From contig JACKGJ010000001.1 in assembly GCA_020631995.1 (NCBI GenBank), forward strand, positions 161,753 to 225,752: a stretch of 64,000 bases of DNA. Reading direction: 5' to 3'. Position 1 is the stretch's first letter; each line of letters starts with the position of its first letter. The notes beneath the pieces were generated by a model. That model was given only the letters and a program-made list of their open reading frames with translations. It was not told where the DNA came from and searched no databases. Positions 44,743-53,841 of the stretch are shown piece after piece. The position numbers were made by a program, and so were the translations under genes. The stretch is from Candidatus Nomurabacteria bacterium. GTDB lineage: Bacteria > Patescibacteriota > Minisyncoccia > Phycocordibacterales > UBA918.

Positions 44743-46218
44743 CCTCCACTCGATGAACTGATAATTATCAGAAGTCTTTGGGGTCAAAGGTGGTGGGTCG
44801 ATAGCTAGGTCACGGTCATAGTAGTCGTAGCGATACTCAAAGCCATTGCAGTACACACCTCCGGAGCATACCCATTTAGTACCAACGCGACCATTCGAGA
44901 CCACTGTTCCATTAGTGGTCAGTGAATTGCGGTACATATAGTCACTCATCGAATTTTGAATGCGCACGTAATCAGGATTAGAATCAGCAGAGTTACTATT
45001 ACTAACATAGTAGTATGGCCGATGGAACTTTCCTTTCTGCGCCAAAAAAATACCGTTTATCGACATATTATCTGGTACATCTAGACCAATATTGATGTTT
45101 TCTTCGGCGATTAGTAGGAGGCCTGAGTCTTCATTAGCATAAGTGAGGTTACCAACAATAACTACTCTTGGATCTGTCGTGGAGTCAGGTGCGGCAGCGG
45201 CAACTGTCACTCGTCCATTTATCACGCCCTCCACCCACACATTGTCCTCAAAGAAAATAACACTACAAGAAGAAGGTATAGAGTACGTCCCCACTGTCGT
45301 TGCACTGTTCAAAAAGTTTTTACTGTGACCCCAAGCATTACCTTTGGCCTTACTCGACTTTGCCTTTTTTAGTGTATATGTACCATTTGAGTTAAATACA
45401 ACATAATAACCAGCCTCACCGGAAGGTCCATAGTATTGACCACCTGAATTGGTAGCACGATCTTTTATGTCAGAAAGGTCTACCGTTACTCCTGTGAAAC
45501 TAACTGGTGGTACAGACCATTGCCACAAATCAGAACCATCCCCGTCACCAAACACTCCATTGACACTGGTCCAATTACTAGCAAATTGTGGACTTGCAGT
45601 ACAAATATCAAGGTAGTAGCACCATGAGCTCGTTTGTCCGCTAGTCACTTTAGAGTTATTGAGTCCATCCATACGCACAAAGCCATTGGAATGATATGGT
45701 CCATAGATAATACGATCAGGACCGGCCCAGACATTGGCATTAACGATGTGTGAGAACTCTGCTACGTTGGGCCTAGCATAACGAGCATAGACTATTCTTT
45801 CTATATTTGGTTCTTTGGTTGTATAACCTGTCGAAGTAATATCAATAGAAGTCACCGCTCCACACGCTAGGTTGCCATCCACCTCCAAAGAATACTCCCC
45901 AATTACATCGCCCTCTGGGTCACTAAACGGAACTACATAAGGGCCAGCTTCTCCAGTACCGTTTTGGATATCATCAGGATGGTGAGCTAGAAACCATTTG
46001 TAGTAGTTAAGCCCAGCCTCTGCAATTTGAAGGGCTTGCTCACTATTTAATTTGGCATTAGATATTTTCGAGCCAGTAATAGTAAAACCCATAAAGGCTG
46101 TAAAAATAGTGAAGAACACGGCCCCAAACACTAAGAGTAATACCACTAAGTAGCCCCTAGAAAGATTATGGTTCGCTACTTCGTTGTGTTGATCTGAACT
46201 TTTAAATTTAAATGTCAT
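44731..46218 (-). CDS. PilX-like / pilus-associated protein with an N-terminal hydrophobic anchor (495 aa)
   Basis: N-terminus ..SRGYLVVLLLVFGAVFF is pilin-like but lacks Glu5. Sits in the operon with the prepilin-like genes. Confidence 0.55.
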   Translation of the reverse strand: MTFKFKSSDQHNEVANHNLSRGYLVVLLLVFGAVFFTIFTAFMGFTITGSKISNAKLNSEQALQIAEAGLNYYKWFLAHHPDDIQNGTGEAGPYVVPFSDPEGDVIGEYSLEVDGNLACGAVTSIDITSTGYTTKEPNIERIVYARYARPNVAEFSHIVNANVWAGPDRIIYGPYHSNGFVRMDGLNNSKVTSGQTSSWCYYLDICTASPQFASNWTSVNGVFGDGDGSDLWQWSVPPVSFTGVTVDLSDIKDRATNSGGQYYGPSGEAGYYVVFNSNGTYTLKKAKSSKAKGNAWGHSKNFLNSATTVGTYSIPSSCSVIFFEDNVWVEGVINGRVTVAAAAPDSTTDPRVVIVGNLTYANEDSGLLLIAEENINIGLDVPDNMSINGIFLAQKGKFHRPYYYVSNSNSADSNPDYVRIQNSMSDYMYRNSLTTNGTVVSNGRVGTKWVCSGGVYCNGFEYRYDYYDRDLAIDPPPLTPKTSDNYQFIEWREQE

Positions 46219-46831
46219 ATTCTTTTAAGTTTCGAAGTGATGCACTAGAGCGTAAATGATATTTGCCCGGCTCTCTAATAGGATCAACATTTACCACCAT
46301 TGCCACATCAATATGCCTCACTTCACTCACACCAGTCCCTGACAACTCTACTCCCTGATTGTTATAGTAGGTAAACATTATCACTCCCTCAAGGTCATTA
46401 TGTACATATTCAGAGATTGTTTCCGTACGACTTGGTTCACTAGCATAGACAGCCGGAATTCCGCTGGACTCATATATGTATTTAAATAGAGTTTGATCAA
46501 CTATCTCGTAGCGCACCAGCTCTACACTATTATCTCTATCAATGTCACTATAAAACTCCACACTAGAAGTAGCGCGATTCACTAATGGAAAAGCACCATT
46601 GTCGGAGTAGGTCATTTCACGCAGGTCACGAACTAAAAGTTCAATACCCTTTCGAGCACTGTCTACCTGATAAGCCTGAGCTATGGTGTAGGCATTGTAG
46701 CGATAAAAAGAGGATATCACCGTCATAATGGCGATAGACAATATACTGAAGAGGGCGAGGACTACTACAGTTTCCACTAGAGTCATCCCTCTTGATTGTG
46801 TGTATTTGTTATTTAAAAAAGTAAGTCGCAT
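46208..46831 (-). CDS. Prepilin-type N-terminal cleavage/methylation domain protein (minor pilin or pseudopilin-like)
   Basis: Leader MRLTFLNNKYTQSRG then MTLVETVVVLALFSI (G/xTLxE signature). Confidence 0.75.
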   Translation of the reverse strand: MRLTFLNNKYTQSRGMTLVETVVVLALFSILSIAIMTVISSFYRYNAYTIAQAYQVDSARKGIELLVRDLREMTYSDNGAFPLVNRATSSVEFYSDIDRDNSVELVRYEIVDQTLFKYIYESSGIPAVYASEPSRTETISEYVHNDLEGVIMFTYYNNQGVELSGTGVSEVRHIDVAMVVNVDPIREPGKYHLRSSASLRNLKEYDI

Positions 46832-46836
46832 AAATA

Positions 46837-48576
46837 TTAACTACTCGGACTTAGGGTAATGACTGTCATTACATTTCCATTTACTGTGATGGTACCAGAG
46901 TAAGAAGTGTAACCGGCTTGTGAAACATCAACAGTGAAACTATCCAGAAGCGGTAAGTCACCAAAGAAAGCTTGACCATAAGCAGAAGCAGACACTGTCT
47001 CACTATAACCTGTGCCTGAAAGCTGAACTGTTGCCCCACTTAACGGCAAGCCATTTTGGTCGGTCACTGTAATATGCAGCGTACGAGTTGTATGTGGAAC
47101 CAACTCAAAGGCCAAAATAGTATTTGCACCTGGGGCAATGGTATAAGGCAAAACTCCACTCACTTCTTTAATATCGTAACCTTCTGTCGCACCGTCGACG
47201 GTAATTGTGTAAACATCCCACTCTAATGATAACGGGCTAAGACCGTCCGCATCAGTAATAGTGGAATCTTGATATTTCAGAACCCCACTACCAATGGTCT
47301 TGGTACCAGTCAAATCAAAGGTAAGGTCCGCAATCGGTGGTTCAGATTCAACATAACCAAGTCGCCAACTTTCTATTAAAGGTGTAGCAAGCGGGTCAGA
47401 ACTATCCAAATTGGCGCGGAGGGCAAGGCGTGGGAAAGTACTGCTTGCCAAATGAGAAATGTCGACAGAGCCAGACGTGAAGCCAACGGAGTTTCCTGGT
47501 AACAGCGTGTCATCTACCAAAGTATAAACACCGCCGGACTCTTGATAGAGACTCACACTTGCTGAGGTGCTGGTCGAAGTTGTAACACTCCACTCAAACG
47601 TATCCCAGGAAGAGAATTCGGCAGGAGCAGTGGTGGTCGAGTAGGCATATCCAGATGAATAATAGCTACCCTCTATTGAAGTCAGACTGACACTTCCACC
47701 TGACACCTCTGTATTATTCATCTGTGCTAATAAATCTGAACTGGTGAATTCATCAATAAATTCTTGTACTACCGGTTCTCCAAAGGCTCTTAAAGTAAGG
47801 TCTGCCAATTTATCAATACTAAAATACATTGTAGTGATAGTGCTAGAGGCTACTGCCACATGTGGCGGACTAGGATCAGGATTCTCTACTGTCACGTCGT
47901 AAGTTTGGTCGGTGGAATAACCACTTTTCGTAACAGTAATCTGGTAACCGCCACCCGGTGGCACCCCTGGCACAATCACACGTCCCGATACATTAGTACT
48001 TACCGTCACGTCCACAGTACTGGTGGCCAAGGCATCGTTGTAGATTCTGACGGAAGCACCATCTACTGCTTCGACCACAGAGTCAAATACATTTACTATG
48101 AGAGTACCTCCTCCGGAAGAAGTCTCCATACCTTTTGGTGATATGTCAGTAACAAGGGAGAGATTTTTTTCTTCTCCTCTAATTTCCCAAGTGTATTCAA
48201 CCTTTATCCGCTTACTATCTTCAAGTATGCCGTTCTCGTCACTACCTTCAAGGCCGTCCTCAGGCCTATCGACATACAGCACTAACACACGCTCGGTATA
48301 ATCAATGCCATTTAAAGTGCTAGTGCTAGTTTGCGGTATTGCTCCCGACGGCACTCCGTCTACCGTCCCAATGGCGTCATAGTTCAAAGAGCGGATGTAT
48401 TCCATTTTAGACAGTGCCAAGGAACGAGCACCAGTTTCCGCCTTACTGTGTCCAATAAGTTCAACCATCAACTTCACACCACTCAGTAGTCCACCAAAAA
48501 ACAAAAGAAGGATTGCGGACGCAATCACCACTTCAACAAGTGAGAAACCTCCAGAACGAGTTCTACCTATTACCAT
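46837..48576 (-). CDS. Large prepilin-type protein (579 aa) with repeated beta-sandwich-like segments
   Basis: MVIGRTRSGG then FSLVEVVIASAILLLF. Recurrent V..V.D..G.P..GA.V motifs resemble carboxypeptidase-regulatory-like domains. Confidence 0.7.
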   Translation of the reverse strand: MVIGRTRSGGFSLVEVVIASAILLLFFGGLLSGVKLMVELIGHSKAETGARSLALSKMEYIRSLNYDAIGTVDGVPSGAIPQTSTSTLNGIDYTERVLVLYVDRPEDGLEGSDENGILEDSKRIKVEYTWEIRGEEKNLSLVTDISPKGMETSSGGGTLIVNVFDSVVEAVDGASVRIYNDALATSTVDVTVSTNVSGRVIVPGVPPGGGYQITVTKSGYSTDQTYDVTVENPDPSPPHVAVASSTITTMYFSIDKLADLTLRAFGEPVVQEFIDEFTSSDLLAQMNNTEVSGGSVSLTSIEGSYYSSGYAYSTTTAPAEFSSWDTFEWSVTTSTSTSASVSLYQESGGVYTLVDDTLLPGNSVGFTSGSVDISHLASSTFPRLALRANLDSSDPLATPLIESWRLGYVESEPPIADLTFDLTGTKTIGSGVLKYQDSTITDADGLSPLSLEWDVYTITVDGATEGYDIKEVSGVLPYTIAPGANTILAFELVPHTTRTLHITVTDQNGLPLSGATVQLSGTGYSETVSASAYGQAFFGDLPLLDSFTVDVSQAGYTSYSGTITVNGNVMTVITLSPSS

Positions 48577-48673
48577 TCTATATATAGTACAACGTCGGCG
48601 TCGTTATTTTGGCTACACTCACTTGATAAAGATTAGAGTCATACACTTTTCTTTCACTTCCAACTTCAATTTT

Positions 48674-48861
48674 CTAAAACTTTTAAAAGTGGATGCACCA
48701 CACGGGCACTTCCGTTTTCATAGTCGAGCAAGCTCTCCTTGAAAACTAGGTCGCAGTTGTGCTGGTTGGAGGAATTTTGGCGACAGAGCCTTAGAACAAA
48801 CTAAGGTGACCAAGACAAAATTATGAAACCAGTGCAAATGCGCCACTTTTAAAAGTTTTAG
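48674..48861 (+). repeat. Composite structured hairpin element R9 (subfamily I with an internal insertion), 3' of pilC
   Basis: A 17-bp perfect outer stem (48674-48690 / 48845-48861) overlaps the pilC stop. GGATGCA is at 48691, GGTCGCAGTT at 48749 and AAATGCGCC at 48836. The core closely matches R5 by eye. Confidence 0.8.
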
Positions 48862-50081
48862 ATACTGTCGGAGATAGAGTAGATTGGAGCAATCATAGCC
48901 AACGCAAAGAAACCAACAGTACCCCCAATCACCACCATTAAAAGTGGTTCGATTATCGTTGATAAGTCCTTAGTCTTTCTCTCTACTTCATTTTCGTAAA
49001 AAACCGCCAACTCTTTCATCATATTACCCACCTCTCCTGTCTCCTCTCCCACCAAAAGCATCTCCCCGACAAAGACTGGATAGAGTTTTTCGTTTGCTAA
49101 GAAAACGCTTGAGAGAGGTTTCCCTTCTTCTACTGCCTTACGAGCTTTATCCAAAATTGGTTTGTAGTAGACGTTTTGTACTACGTCTTTAGTAATCTCG
49201 AGTGCTCGCATCACATCAACACCTGAAGTGAGTAAAGATGAAAGAGTACGGGCAGTGCGAGCAGAGTTAACCTCCTTCACCATCATACCGATAATAGGAA
49301 GGCGTAGAATGAGAAAGTGAAATACCAATTTTCCAATTCGGGTGCGCAGGAAATATATAAAAGCTACGATGAAACCAAAGAAACTACCCAAAGCCACTGC
49401 AGTATTGTTAGCCATAAAATCTGAGGCTGAAATCAGCGCCTGAGTAGTAGCCGGCAAATCTACATTTAGGCTTTTAAAGGTACCGGTAATGGATGGCATC
49501 ACATAAATCATCATCACGATTCCGATACCAAACATAATGGTAAGAACGATGGCAGGATAAACCATTGCTCCCTTAATCTTCTTTTTAAGTGTTGATGACC
49601 GTTCCATCTGGACAGCTAGGAGTTTTAGAGTTTCAGAAAGTCCTCCACCCTCTTCTCCCGCTCGGACCATTGCTACATAAAGATCATCAAATACACGTGG
49701 GTGTGCCTTAATTGCTTCGTTAAATTGCTCTCCCTTCTGAATTCGTTCACGTACATCAGTAATCACAGCCTTCAGCTTCGGGTTTTTACTTTGCCGCTCA
49801 ATAACCGAAAGCGCGCGCGAAAGCGGAAGACCTGCCGTGAGCATTGCACCTAGGTTTCGTGTCATTAAAACTAACTGGTCAGTGGAGACGCGGCTTATGA
49901 GTGCGTTGAACTTGTCCACATTCAATAACTTCTTGATGGAAAAACTTCCTTCTTCTACGACTTCGGTAACCACTACACCTTTCTCGCGGGCAATGTCATA
50001 CACAGCAAAACGGTCCGGAGCTTCGACGGTTTCGCGAGCATCCTGTCCGTCTTTAGTTGTGCCTGTGTATGTAAATTTCAT
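48858..50081 (-). CDS. pilC: Type IV pilus / T2SS platform protein (GspF/PilC family)
   Basis: 407 aa with two GspF repeats and 3 TM segments. Confidence 0.9.
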   Translation of the reverse strand: MKFTYTGTTKDGQDARETVEAPDRFAVYDIAREKGVVVTEVVEEGSFSIKKLLNVDKFNALISRVSTDQLVLMTRNLGAMLTAGLPLSRALSVIERQSKNPKLKAVITDVRERIQKGEQFNEAIKAHPRVFDDLYVAMVRAGEEGGGLSETLKLLAVQMERSSTLKKKIKGAMVYPAIVLTIMFGIGIVMMIYVMPSITGTFKSLNVDLPATTQALISASDFMANNTAVALGSFFGFIVAFIYFLRTRIGKLVFHFLILRLPIIGMMVKEVNSARTARTLSSLLTSGVDVMRALEITKDVVQNVYYKPILDKARKAVEEGKPLSSVFLANEKLYPVFVGEMLLVGEETGEVGNMMKELAVFYENEVERKTKDLSTIIEPLLMVVIGGTVGFFALAMIAPIYSISDSI

Positions 50082-50089
50082 ATTAAATA

Positions 50090-51838
50090 TTACTCGTTGA
50101 TGACACGGAGAACTTCTTCAAGTGAAGTAACTCCCCTGGCAGCTTTGAAAATTCCATCTTCCAACATCGTAAGCATTCCTTCACCTCTGGCTATCTCCTC
50201 AATGTCATCGGCAGTTCCGCCGGCGGTCACCTTCTCTTTCAAAGCTGGTGATATCGACAAAACCTCATGGATTCCCATTCGGCCTTTGTATGCAACCTCG
50301 TCATCTATGCCTTCTTTAGGTCGATAAAAAGGAATCGAAGACCAGGTAGCATCCTTAGCAACCACTCCCTCTTCTTTAAGAGAAGTTAATACTTTTTCGA
50401 GATTCGCGTGACGCTCAAGATTTTTTCTCTCCGCATCAGAAAGTGTATAGGCTTCTTTCTCACTCGTGAGCTTACGCACCAAACGCTGACCGACAGCTAC
50501 TCGCAAAGTGGAAACAAGGAGAAATGACTCAACCCCCATCTCCATCAGACGTGCTACTGTGCCAGACGCTGAGTTCGTGTGTACAGTCGCCAATACCAAG
50601 TGACCAGTCAAAGCCGCATTAATGGCAAGATTGGCAGTCTCTTGATCACGAATCTCCCCAACCATAATAATGTCTGGGTCCTGACGCATTAGAGATCGTA
50701 AACCATTGGCGAAAGTAAAACCAATGTCAGGCTTAACCTGAGTTTGATTCACTCGGGGCATTTGGTATTCAATCGGGTCCTCAATAGTTGAGATATTTAC
50801 CTCTGGAGTATTGAGTAGGTCTAAGACCGTGTAGAGTGTAGTGGTCTTTCCTGAACCAGTTGGTCCAGTAACCAGAATGATTCCGGTAGTTTGCTTCATC
50901 GCGCCATGCACTCGCTCTAGAGACACGCCATGAAACCCTACCCCTTCGAGGGTAAAGCCACTTCTATTCTCACGCAAAAGACGCATTACCACCTTTTCTC
51001 CAAAGAAAATCGGTAACATCGATACACGGAAAGAAACTTTCTGGCTATCCATTTCCATTTTGAAACGTCCATCTTGTGGTAGTCGTTTTTCGTCGAGCTT
51101 TAAGTTAGACAAAACCTTAATACGCGCCACGATGCTGTTTGCAGCTACTTTTGGCAAAGTCATAGCGTCATGCAATATACCGTCTATGCGATATCGCACT
51201 AAGACTTCAGTCTCCATCGGTTCGATATGTATGTCAGATGCACCTTGAATAATGGCGTGACGAAGCAGTGTGTCTACAATTCGCACTACTGGTAAGTCTT
51301 CTGCTAACTTTTTCAAGTCAGCTTCATTCATTTCCTCAGCCGGTTCTCCGGCAACCTTTAGAGTAGATGCTTCTCCAGCAATAATGTCACCGAACTCATC
51401 TTTGAGGGTCTTCTGGTACTGAAGCAACACCTCGCGCATACTGTCATTGTCAGTTAGACGAGGCAAAATCTTCAACCCTACTTTCTTCTTTATAAAATCA
51501 ATCGCTGGTAAGTCGGCGGTATTAAGCATCGCAACCTCCAAAGTGTTGTCGGTCTTCTTGTATGGAACGATATTATGATTGCGAGCAATTGGTTCTGGAA
51601 TCAACGATAAAATACTAAAATCAATCTTCTGTCCCTTGAGAGATACGAAAGGAATACCCAACACATAGGATTCGATACGGCGTAAATCATCCTCCTTTAA
51701 ATAGCCACCAGCTAAAAGAGCGTCGGATAGAGTACGACTCTCCCGTTTTGCTGTTGCTTCAGCAGAAGACAGGTCGGTTTTTGAAACCAGACCAGCATCG
51801 GCGATGAAACGCTTAAGTTGTGAATCTTGTATGCGCAT
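50090..51838 (-). CDS. pilB: Type IV pilus assembly ATPase (GspE/PilB family)
   Basis: Walker A GPTGSGKTTT, an Asp box, a His box, and an N-terminal GSPII_E_N-like domain. Confidence 0.92.
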   Translation of the reverse strand: MRIQDSQLKRFIADAGLVSKTDLSSAEATAKRESRTLSDALLAGGYLKEDDLRRIESYVLGIPFVSLKGQKIDFSILSLIPEPIARNHNIVPYKKTDNTLEVAMLNTADLPAIDFIKKKVGLKILPRLTDNDSMREVLLQYQKTLKDEFGDIIAGEASTLKVAGEPAEEMNEADLKKLAEDLPVVRIVDTLLRHAIIQGASDIHIEPMETEVLVRYRIDGILHDAMTLPKVAANSIVARIKVLSNLKLDEKRLPQDGRFKMEMDSQKVSFRVSMLPIFFGEKVVMRLLRENRSGFTLEGVGFHGVSLERVHGAMKQTTGIILVTGPTGSGKTTTLYTVLDLLNTPEVNISTIEDPIEYQMPRVNQTQVKPDIGFTFANGLRSLMRQDPDIIMVGEIRDQETANLAINAALTGHLVLATVHTNSASGTVARLMEMGVESFLLVSTLRVAVGQRLVRKLTSEKEAYTLSDAERKNLERHANLEKVLTSLKEEGVVAKDATWSSIPFYRPKEGIDDEVAYKGRMGIHEVLSISPALKEKVTAGGTADDIEEIARGEGMLTMLEDGIFKAARGVTSLEEVLRVINE

Positions 51839-51978
51839 TCCTCCAAATATCCACTGACTAATTTCCAGCCAGTTTGTGCATACATTGTATCATTCATATT
51901 TGACTAATCGTGTGAGAGTTGCACACATATATAAAAAGAAAGGCCGGTTCGCATTTGCGAGCCGGCACTTGTTGTTCT

Positions 51979-52170
51979 TCATTCTTGGAACGCTCCCAAC
52001 ATAGGAAGGATCCGAGAGTAGGCTGTCTCGACAGCCCTTTCGGTCTGGTCCGCCTCGATGACTGTCTCAATCGAGAGAGACGGTGTTTTGGACTCACTGC
52101 CTATATGGGCATCCATATAGGCATAGGCTCCAAAAACAACGACGGCGATTGCTGCTACCCAGGTACTCAT
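51979..52170 (-). CDS. Small membrane or secreted protein (hypothetical)
   Basis: GGAGAA 6 nt upstream of the ATG at 52170. Hydrophobic N-terminus MSTWVAAIAVVVFGAYAY. Followed by a hairpin terminator around 51940-51967. Confidence 0.45.
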   Translation of the reverse strand: MSTWVAAIAVVVFGAYAYMDAHIGSESKTPSLSIETVIEADQTERAVETAYSRILPMLGAFQE

Positions 52171-52318
52171 TACTATTCTCCTCGGTTTTATACAATCTTT
52201 ATCATAACACAAATGACACTACGAGTCAATAGCTAACCTAACCTCTTTCTCCTTTTATCCATATTTAAAGCCATTTAATGGAAATAGCGCAAAAACCCTA
52301 GCTTTTACCTTGATACAG

Positions 52319-52346
52319 TTGCCTTTTTCCAGCAGAGTGATATAGT
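52319..52346 (+). promoter_or_regulatory. Putative nusA promoter
   Basis: TTGCCT (52319) - 16 nt - TGaTATAGT (extended -10, hexamer 52341-52346). Confidence 0.5.
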
Positions 52347-52363
52347 ACAAACACGACTGAAAC

Positions 52364-52391
52364 GCTCGGCCACTCGGCCGGGCTTTCTTTT
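52364..52391 (+). promoter_or_regulatory. Terminator-like hairpin in the nusA leader (possible attenuator)
   Basis: GCTCGGCC actc GGCCGGGC (8 bp, one U.G) followed by TTTCTTTT, 19 nt before the nusA ATG. Confidence 0.45.
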
Positions 52392-52409
52392 ATCAAATTA
52401 ATTTTTAAT

Positions 52410-53804
52410 ATGTTTGACTTAAAGGTAATTCACTCCGTTTTAACGGAAATGGAAGAAGAGCGTGGAATTCCACGTGAGCGTATGATGGAGGCGATTGAAC
52501 AATCACTCGCCACTGCATACAAGAAAGAGTTCGGGAAGCGCGGGCAGATTATTCGTGCCAAATTTGATATATCCGCAGGCACAACAAACTTTGAACAAGT
52601 GAAGATTGTTGTGGACGATACAATGCTCAAGTCTGATGAAGAGGTAGAAGAGGAGGTAGAAGAAAGAGAGACCCATCGTAAGGACTATCATAAGGAAGAA
52701 GAAGTATTGATTCCTTCAGAAGATCGTAAGGTTCGTTTTGACCCAGAAAAGCATATTATGATTGATAGTGCTCGTCTGATTAAGAAAGACGTCACCCTTG
52801 GTGAGGAACTAGTTTTTCCGCTTGAACCTAAAGACGACTTCGGACGTATCGCAGCTCAAACTGCAAAACAGGTCATTATTCAGAAAGTACGCGAAGCAGA
52901 AAAGGATGCTGCTATCTCTGAGTTTGGTCAGAAGGAAGGGGATATTGTGATGGGGCACGCTCAACGCTTTGAACGTGGCAATCTTTATGTAGACCTTGGT
53001 CGCATCACTGCCATAATGCCTTATGAAGAACAAATCCCTGGGGAACGTTTCAAGCCAGGAGAAAGAATCCGTGCCCTCCTACTACGAGTAGAAGAGACAT
53101 CACGTGGTGTTTTCGTTAAACTCTCTCGCTCACACCCAGAATTTCTTTCTGCGCTCTTCGCTATTGAAGCGCCTGAACTACAAACTGGTGCTGTTGAAGT
53201 AAAGGCCATTGCTCGCGAAGCAGGAAGCCGTTCTAAAATTGCTGTTGCCTCTCGAGATCAGCACCTAGACCCTGTCGGCTCTCTGGTTGGACAACGTGGT
53301 GTACGTGTATCTACCGTAATGAGCGAACTAGGTGGTGAAAAAATAGACATCATCGAATGGTCAGAAAAGCCGGTTGAGTTTATCGAAGACTCACTTTCCC
53401 CTGCTCGCGTATTGTCAGTTAAGATTGAGTCCGAACCAGATGCAGAGACAGGTACCCACGGACACGCCACAGTTGAAGTAGCTTCTGATCAGCAGTCTTT
53501 GGCTATTGGACGTGGCGGACAGAACGTTCGTTTGGCTGCCAAGTTAACTGGCTGGAAAATCGACATTGTCTCTCAGAAAGGTGAAGAGTTAGCTGAAGCT
53601 GATGCTGAGGAAGTGAAAATTGCAGAGCTTCCAGTAAAAGAACCAACCGCAGAGGAAGTAGAAACACCTAACATTGGCGAGGTAGAGACTGTTGAGACCG
53701 AGGCAGATGAGCCGACCAAAGACCGTGATAAACTCGACATTGATGAAGCTGACGAAGTAGACACTCCAGAGGAAGCTGAAGAAAATCTTAATGATTCCAA
53801 ATAG
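52410..53804 (+). CDS. nusA: Transcription termination/antitermination factor NusA (acidic insertion and acidic C-terminal tail)
   Basis: NusA N-terminus, then S1 and KH motifs (GERIRALLLRVE.., GQRGVRVSTVMSELGGEKIDI, GRGGQNVRLAAKLTGWKIDI). Confidence 0.92.
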   Translation: MFDLKVIHSVLTEMEEERGIPRERMMEAIEQSLATAYKKEFGKRGQIIRAKFDISAGTTNFEQVKIVVDDTMLKSDEEVEEEVEERETHRKDYHKEEEVLIPSEDRKVRFDPEKHIMIDSARLIKKDVTLGEELVFPLEPKDDFGRIAAQTAKQVIIQKVREAEKDAAISEFGQKEGDIVMGHAQRFERGNLYVDLGRITAIMPYEEQIPGERFKPGERIRALLLRVEETSRGVFVKLSRSHPEFLSALFAIEAPELQTGAVEVKAIAREAGSRSKIAVASRDQHLDPVGSLVGQRGVRVSTVMSELGGEKIDIIEWSEKPVEFIEDSLSPARVLSVKIESEPDAETGTHGHATVEVASDQQSLAIGRGGQNVRLAAKLTGWKIDIVSQKGEELAEADAEEVKIAELPVKEPTAEEVETPNIGEVETVETEADEPTKDRDKLDIDEADEVDTPEEAEENLNDSK

Positions 53805-53841
53805 AAAACTGTATACTTAACTAATAATTAATTAACAATCT

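Noticed and set aside
2921-48861. The possibility that the repeated intergenic sequences are a CRISPR array or classical MITEs
   Set aside because: The copies are dispersed kilobases apart and are not regularly spaced with unique spacers, and no cas genes are present. The terminal inverted repeats differ in sequence between copies. I saw no flanking direct target-site duplications, which argues against ordinary MITEs, although mobility is not excluded.
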